Source: a virus (taxonomy: Duplodnaviria; Caudoviricetes). Taken from it: a DNA stretch of 56,640 nt. The DNA lies in IMG/VR virus record IMGVR_UViG_3300008954_002004, positions 1 through 56,640 of that record, one strand, 5' to 3'. Shown here piece after piece: positions 56,057 to 56,640 of the stretch; the first letter of the stretch is position 1, and the number at the start of each line of letters is the position of its first letter. The translations under genes were made by a program, and so were the position numbers. Below the pieces are notes generated by a model. It saw only the letters and a program-made list of their open reading frames with translations. It ran no database searches and was not told the DNA's origin.

Positions 56057-56546
56057 CCATATAATCGTCTAGTATATCAGTATTATTTACCAAATCTAGA
56101 AACAATTCCTTCTCTTTCTTATAGGCCTCAACTTCCCACGGAAGTTTATAGTGACCAATTTTCTTTTCTTTCTTATGACCAAATGTTTCACTTTTCCACT
56201 TTGTGCTACCATTGTCATAATATCGCAATTGTCGCCTGGCAAACTGCTTTAAATGCGTCATTTCATGTGCCAACGTTAGCAACATTTTGGTTATACGCTT
56301 TTTAGCATCTAACTCAATCTCAAATTCACGTGGTCGAGATAACCTATAGTCTGTTATATGGCAATAACCATATATCTGTTTTACGCCTTCTTTTTTTGCT
56401 AAATCCTTCGTTACAAGAATGTCCAAATGTATGTTTGCACACAAATCAGACCTCATCATCTTCTGGGCATAATACTCTGCAGAATTCTCTAGCAAAGTTC
56501 TAAACCTTTTGCTCTGTGTTTTATAACCATATGTGGTTATAATCAT
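56037..56546 (-). CDS. HExxH zinc-metallopeptidase-like protein
   Basis: G.C, REFEIE.D, TLAHEMTHLKQ, PWEVEAY. Confidence 0.75.
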   Translation of the reverse strand: MIITTYGYKTQSKRFRTLLENSAEYYAQKMMRSDLCANIHLDILVTKDLAKKEGVKQIYGYCHITDYRLSRPREFEIELDAKKRITKMLLTLAHEMTHLKQFARRQLRYYDNGSTKWKSETFGHKKEKKIGHYKLPWEVEAYKKEKELFLDLVNNTDILDDYMDGIKRD

Positions 56547-56549
56547 GAC

Positions 56550-56639
56550 CTACCCCATAAGATTTTTATTGTACTCGTCACATATAAAACTATGTAATTC
56601 GTCGATTTCCTTTTCACTGAAATAATGAGCCATTGCTTC
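56550..56639 (-). CDS. 3' end of a hypothetical gene running off the window
   Basis: Open frame ...EAMAHYFSEKEIDELHSFICDEYNKNLMG*. Confidence 0.4.
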   Translation of the reverse strand, partial: EAMAHYFSEKEIDELHSFICDEYNKNLMG

Positions 56640-56640
56640 T

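Noticed and set aside
1-56640. Bacterial chromosome or integrated prophage; IS elements; CRISPR array; rRNA
   Set aside because: Metabolic genes are isolated and mixed with virion genes and late promoters. No integrase, transposase, att-like repeat, repeat-spacer array or rRNA was seen

Overview
This is an AT-rich, densely coding segment of a large tailed dsDNA phage genome, most likely a marine or aquatic jumbo myovirus. The RFC-like clamp loader, GroES, short DnaE fragment, dUTPase, PhoH and gp9/gp10-type baseplate and fibre genes resemble those of GAP32/RaK2/Atu_ph07-like jumbo phages; that assignment is inferred from gene content only. Genes lie mostly on the minus strand. In order, the window holds: a TctC/TctA transporter next to two methyltransferases, a compact tryptophan-dioxygenase-like protein and sulfotransferase-like genes (1-5451); an exported-protein cassette (5503-8452); HIT and PhoH; a Cys-rich small protein followed by two radical SAM enzymes (9721-12771); replication and chaperone genes; PurM; probable head proteins; a tail/baseplate block (20561-32521); HtrA, MORN and amidinotransferase genes; an early cluster of small genes including a type IV pilin; and 13 tRNA genes interleaved with modification enzymes (radical SAM, 2OG-Fe oxygenases, PRMT-like, SGNH, FAD oxidoreductase, GPx). 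It ends with a 17-kDa-antigen lipoprotein and Prs. The main unexplained signals are (1) a large, dispersed arsenal of tailoring enzymes, (2) a candidate RiPP-like precursor plus radical SAM cassette, (3) a TTT transporter/TDO/methyltransferase/sulfotransferase cluster, (4) a recurrent TAAATA-N5-ATG leaderless gene architecture, (5) a tRNA-Ile with a UAU anticodon, and (6) ORFs whose stop codon lies inside a tRNA. All functional calls come from reading motifs by eye; no database searches were run.
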